64,000 bases of DNA from an uncultured Erysipelotrichaceae bacterium (lineage in GTDB: Bacteria; Bacillota_I; Bacilli_A; RFN20; CAG-826): contig CADBUI010000027.1 of NCBI GenBank assembly GCA_902797855.1, positions 42,639-106,638 of the forward strand, written 5' to 3'. Below the pieces are notes generated by a model. The model ran no database searches. It had not been told where the DNA came from and worked only from the letters and a program-made list of their open reading frames with translations. Shown one piece after another: positions 60,795 through 64,000 of this stretch (its first letter is position 1; each line of letters opens with the position of its first letter). The position numbers were made by a program, and so were the translations under genes.

Positions 60795-61262
60795 CTATTC
60801 TCCTTTATTCTCTTCATTAGTTTCCGCAATTGTTAATGGACTCTTCTTTCTAAGAAGCATCGAGATAATTACAACAATTTGGGCTGGTGTATAGGCAATT
60901 AATACTCCCCAAATTGAATAATTAAATGCTGGGATAGGTTCAATTTGCATTCCACCATATAAAAATCCAAAGCCAAGGAAGGCAGTTAACACAAATCCAG
61001 CTAGATAAAGTGTCATGCGTAAAAAATACATAATTAGAAACCAACCAGCTTTAAGTGATTTCATAGCGTATTCTGAACCTTTATAAAGAAGGAAGACGTT
61101 AATGATTTCAATAACAGAGCCAATGGCTGCACCAATTAACCATCCAGGTTGATTAGCGGCAAACATTGGAGCAAGCATAATTAAAATGACCACCAACGCA
61201 ATCGCTATTGATAAAATTAACATTCTTTTTAGTTCAGATAGACTTTCTAAGTATTTTTTCAT
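60795..61262 (-). CDS. atpI: AtpI-like small membrane protein (ATP synthase protein I)
   Basis: 155 aa, 4 TM; first gene of the operon. Confidence 0.45.
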   Translation of the reverse strand: MKKYLESLSELKRMLILSIAIALVVILIMLAPMFAANQPGWLIGAAIGSVIEIINVFLLYKGSEYAMKSLKAGWFLIMYFLRMTLYLAGFVLTAFLGFGFLYGGMQIEPIPAFNYSIWGVLIAYTPAQIVVIISMLLRKKSPLTIAETNEENKGE

Positions 61263-61283
61263 ACGCGTTTTACCTATGTGAAA

Positions 61284-61328
61284 ATTATTATTTTTTTTAC
61301 AAAAAAAGTCAACACAAAGTGCTGACTT
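61284..61328 (-). promoter_or_regulatory. pfp terminator overlapping the atp-operon promoter
   Basis: Minus strand AAGUCAGCAC-uuu-GUGUUGACUU (one G-U pair) followed by a U-run. TTGACT lies inside the stem, then a 16-17-nt spacer and TAATAAT. Confidence 0.4.
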
Positions 61329-61346
61329 TCAATGCTAGTTTTTTAT

Positions 61347-62555
61347 TTATTGAACTTTAACTTTCTTTAAAACTGCGGATTTAATGACACCATTTTCGTA
61401 TTCAACAGGAATTTCTCCTTGAATAAGTGGGAAGCAATATTCTTTAAATGAATCGGCCATTTTAGTATCATCAACCATCATTGAAGTTGGTACTCTTCTT
61501 TCAACGTTAGCAATCTTAGTGATATCCACTGGTTCAAATCTAACTTGATATGGTTTTGAGGAAACACGTTTAATTGCAATCATGTGTCCAGACATACCTT
61601 CAAGAGCTTTTTGGACCGCGAGTCGACCACACATAATTGTTTCATCTTGGTCAACTTTACTGGTGAGGAATGAATACGCTCTTTGTGGAAGAGAAAGTTC
61701 AATTGATCTAGTTGGTAAATCAAGTCTAGATTCAACAATCTTTGCTAAATCTGCCGCAGCACCACCGAGTTGCTTATGTCCGAAGCTATCAACTCTGACA
61801 TTTGATTCATCTCTTTCAAAGATAATTCCTTCGGAAATCGCTGCGATAGCGTTGCCTTTCTTTTCATAAAGTGATTTGACGTTACTTAAGAATTTTTCAA
61901 GGTCAAATTTATTTTCTGGTAGATAAATTAAATCTGGGCGAAGTCCTTCTGGAAGGAGGTCGACAGCAGCGGTTAACCAACCAGCGTTACGACCCATGAT
62001 TTCAATGATGAAGACTTTACCTTTCTTATAGCATTTCGCATCAATAATGATTTCTTTAACTGTGTTAATGATATATTTTGCTGCACTACCAAATCCATTT
62101 GAGTGATCGGTTTCAGCAAGGTCATTATCAACAGTTTTTGGAACACCCATAACTTTGATATCTAAACCAAGTTCTTTACATAATGCACTTAATTTTGCGC
62201 ATGTATCCATGGAATCGTTTCCGCCATTAACAAAGACGTAACCAATGTTATGTTTCTTTAAGGTATCGATGATTAAAGAGTATTCTTTATCATGATAATC
62301 TTTTGGAAGTTTATGACGAGATGTTCCAAGGATTGAACCTGGAGTCTGTTTAAGTAATTCGATTGTGTTTTTATCTTCTTTACCAAGGTCAATTAAATCA
62401 TCACAGAGTAATCCTTCAATTCCATGAAGAGAACCATAGATTCCAGATATTTCTTCTGAATGAAGTTCAGCTTCTTTAATCGCTCCATATAAAGAGGAGT
62501 TAATAACGGAAGTAGGACCACCACTTTGAATATAGACCATTGCTTTTTTTGCCAT
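61347..62555 (-). CDS. second phosphofructokinase, probably PPi-dependent (Pfp-type)
   Basis: PFK fold with GGNDS in place of the ATP-PFK GGDGS. Start taken at MAKKAMVYIQSGGPTS (AAGGAG 7 nt upstream). Confidence 0.7.
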   Translation of the reverse strand: MAKKAMVYIQSGGPTSVINSSLYGAIKEAELHSEEISGIYGSLHGIEGLLCDDLIDLGKEDKNTIELLKQTPGSILGTSRHKLPKDYHDKEYSLIIDTLKKHNIGYVFVNGGNDSMDTCAKLSALCKELGLDIKVMGVPKTVDNDLAETDHSNGFGSAAKYIINTVKEIIIDAKCYKKGKVFIIEIMGRNAGWLTAAVDLLPEGLRPDLIYLPENKFDLEKFLSNVKSLYEKKGNAIAAISEGIIFERDESNVRVDSFGHKQLGGAAADLAKIVESRLDLPTRSIELSLPQRAYSFLTSKVDQDETIMCGRLAVQKALEGMSGHMIAIKRVSSKPYQVRFEPVDITKIANVERRVPTSMMVDDTKMADSFKEYCFPLIQGEIPVEYENGVIKSAVLKKVKVQ

Positions 62556-62698
62556 ATTTTTTCTCCTTATTTGTTTCTCAATCAAAATTGAGAATCATTA
62601 ACAAAACGTAAACATTCTATATTTTATAGAAACAAAAGTAAAGACAAAGCGAAGCAAGTTTAAAGTTTTTCAATAATTTTACTTTGTAACAAAGATTT

Positions 62699-62770
62699 TT
62701 AGCACTCACTATTGACGAGTGCCAATTTCGTTGTATAATGTAGTTAGCACTCCTTAAATGAGAGTGCCAA
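62699..62770 (+). promoter_or_regulatory. clpB promoter with two tandem CIRCE (HrcA operator) inverted repeats
   Basis: TTAGCACTC-N9-GAGTGCcAA at 62699-62725 and again at 62744-62770. TTGACG (62712-17), 16 nt, TATAAT (62734-39) sits between and overlapping them. Confidence 0.7.
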
Positions 62771-62797
62771 ATCAAAACGAAAAAAGGAGGTAGAATT

Positions 62798-64000
62798 ATG
62801 AACATGAATGAAATGAATGACTACGAACACGATGACAAGATTCTTGAAAAGTTTGGGCGAGATATCACTAAAGCTTGTAGAGACGGAAAAGTTGATCCTG
62901 TCATTGGGCGAGATGATGAGATTAGAAAAATCATCGAAGTTTTAGCTCGCAAGAACAAAAATAACGTCATCCTTCTTGGTGAACCAGGTGTTGGTAAAAC
63001 CGCAATTATTGAAGGACTTGCTATGCGTATTGTGAATAACGATGTTCCTCTATCACTTAAAGATAAAACTATTTATGAACTAGATATGGGTGCGCTTGTA
63101 GCAGGTGCTAAATATCGAGGTGAATTCGAAGAAAGACTTAAAGCAGTCCTTAATAAAATTAAGGAAAGCAATGGAAAAATCATCCTATTTATCGATGAAA
63201 TTCACCTTATTGTTGGAGCAGGTCGCACCGATGGAGCGATGGACGCTGCTAACTTACTTAAACCAATGCTAGCTCGAGGCGATATAGATTGTATTGGTGC
63301 TACTACACTAAATGAATATCGTAATTATATTGAAAAAGATAAAGCTCTTGAAAGACGTTTCCAACCAGTGATGGTTAACGAACCTACATTAGAAGACACT
63401 ATTTCAATATTAAGAGGACTAAAAGAGAAATTCGAAACTCATCATGGTGTTAAGATTACCGATAACGCTTTAGTCGCAGCGGTTAATCTTTCAAATAGAT
63501 ACATCACTTCTAGATTCCTTCCAGATAAGGCTATCGACTTAGTAGATGAAGCCTGTGCGATGATACGTGTAGAAATTGAATCCACACCTACTGAACTAGA
63601 TGAACTTAGACGTAAGATTAAACAACTTGAAATTGAAAAAGTTGCTCTTAAAAAAGAGAAAGATGAATCCGCGCTTAAGCGTTTAGCGAAGATTGATGCA
63701 TCTTTAGATGAAGCTAAGAAAAATGAAGAAGAACTCTCCAAGAAATGGGAGAAAGAAAAAGAAGAAATTAACGAAGCTAAAAATCTAAAGATTTCTCTAG
63801 ATAAGGCGAAGTTTGATCTTAATAACGCTTTCACAAGTGGAGACTATGAAAGAGCTAGTAAACTTCAATATCAAGAAATTCCTGAAATTGAGAAACGATT
63901 AGCGAAAATTGAAAGTGACCAAAAAGGAGGAAGAATTCTTTCTGAAGTTGTCACCGAAAACGAAATCGCTAAGATTGTCGCTAAGATGGTTCATATTCCA
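62798..64000 (+). CDS. clpB: ClpB disaggregase lacking the N-terminal domain (3' end outside the window)
   Basis: Starts at NBD1 (...[40 protein letters not shown]...) and continues into the coiled-coil M-domain. RBS AAGGAGG. Confidence 0.9.
   Translation, partial: MNMNEMNDYEHDDKILEKFGRDITKACRDGKVDPVIGRDDEIRKIIEVLARKNKNNVILLGEPGVGKTAIIEGLAMRIVNNDVPLSLKDKTIYELDMGALVAGAKYRGEFEERLKAVLNKIKESNGKIILFIDEIHLIVGAGRTDGAMDAANLLKPMLARGDIDCIGATTLNEYRNYIEKDKALERRFQPVMVNEPTLEDTISILRGLKEKFETHHGVKITDNALVAAVNLSNRYITSRFLPDKAIDLVDEACAMIRVEIESTPTELDELRRKIKQLEIEKVALKKEKDESALKRLAKIDASLDEAKKNEEELSKKWEKEKEEINEAKNLKISLDKAKFDLNNAFTSGDYERASKLQYQEIPEIEKRLAKIESDQKGGRILSEVVTENEIAKIVAKMVHIP

Noticed and set aside
62617-62805. 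62-aa minus-strand ORF upstream of clpB
   Set aside because: It overlaps the clpB promoter and CIRCE elements and runs antisense to the clpB start. It has no RBS.

Overview
AT-rich, low-GC Firmicutes/Mollicutes-like chromosomal window with the standard genetic code (coaE ends in TGA). Most of it is core housekeeping with Bacillus-like synteny. Left to right: coaE' / dnaI-dnaB (-) / pfkA-ROK kinase (+) / T-box-thrS (+) / L20-leader-infC-rpmI-rplT (+) / thiI-cysteine desulfurase-ezrA (-) / rpsD (+). An ~13 kb run of tightly packed minus-strand genes follows (glgC-glgD-glgA-leuS-coaX-pepV-trmB-NAPRTase-lacI-tyrS-lipoprotein). Beyond that: rpmB (+), then gpsA / membrane protein / rpe / rsgA / Ser-Thr kinase / PP2C / rlmN / rsmB-like / priA / gmk (-), then rqcH-like (+), trmL / HAD / mscS / surface protein / ppa (-), a thioredoxin-like lipoprotein and nudix gene (+), the complete F1Fo ATP synthase operon atpIBEFHAGDC (-), a second (likely PPi-type) phosphofructokinase (-), and a CIRCE-controlled, N-domain-less clpB (+, runs off the window). 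The one clear accessory island is 26.4-35.2 kb: a translationally coupled three-gene cassette. It encodes a protein with a C-terminal minimal-nucleotidyltransferase domain, then a 2357-aa Rhs/YD-repeat polymorphic toxin carrying an uncharacterised 351-aa C-terminal toxin domain, then an exported lipoprotein (candidate immunity protein). The cassette has its own extended -10 promoter and terminator. Other points of note are tandem CIRCE operators on clpB, a DnaA-box cluster upstream of dnaB-dnaI, a catalytically degenerate RsmB homologue, a lipoprotein-type AtpF, leuS and tyrS without T-box leaders while thrS has one, several apparent leaderless mRNAs, and a pair of 13-bp palindromes between convergent genes. 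No tRNA, rRNA, CRISPR array or transposase was seen.
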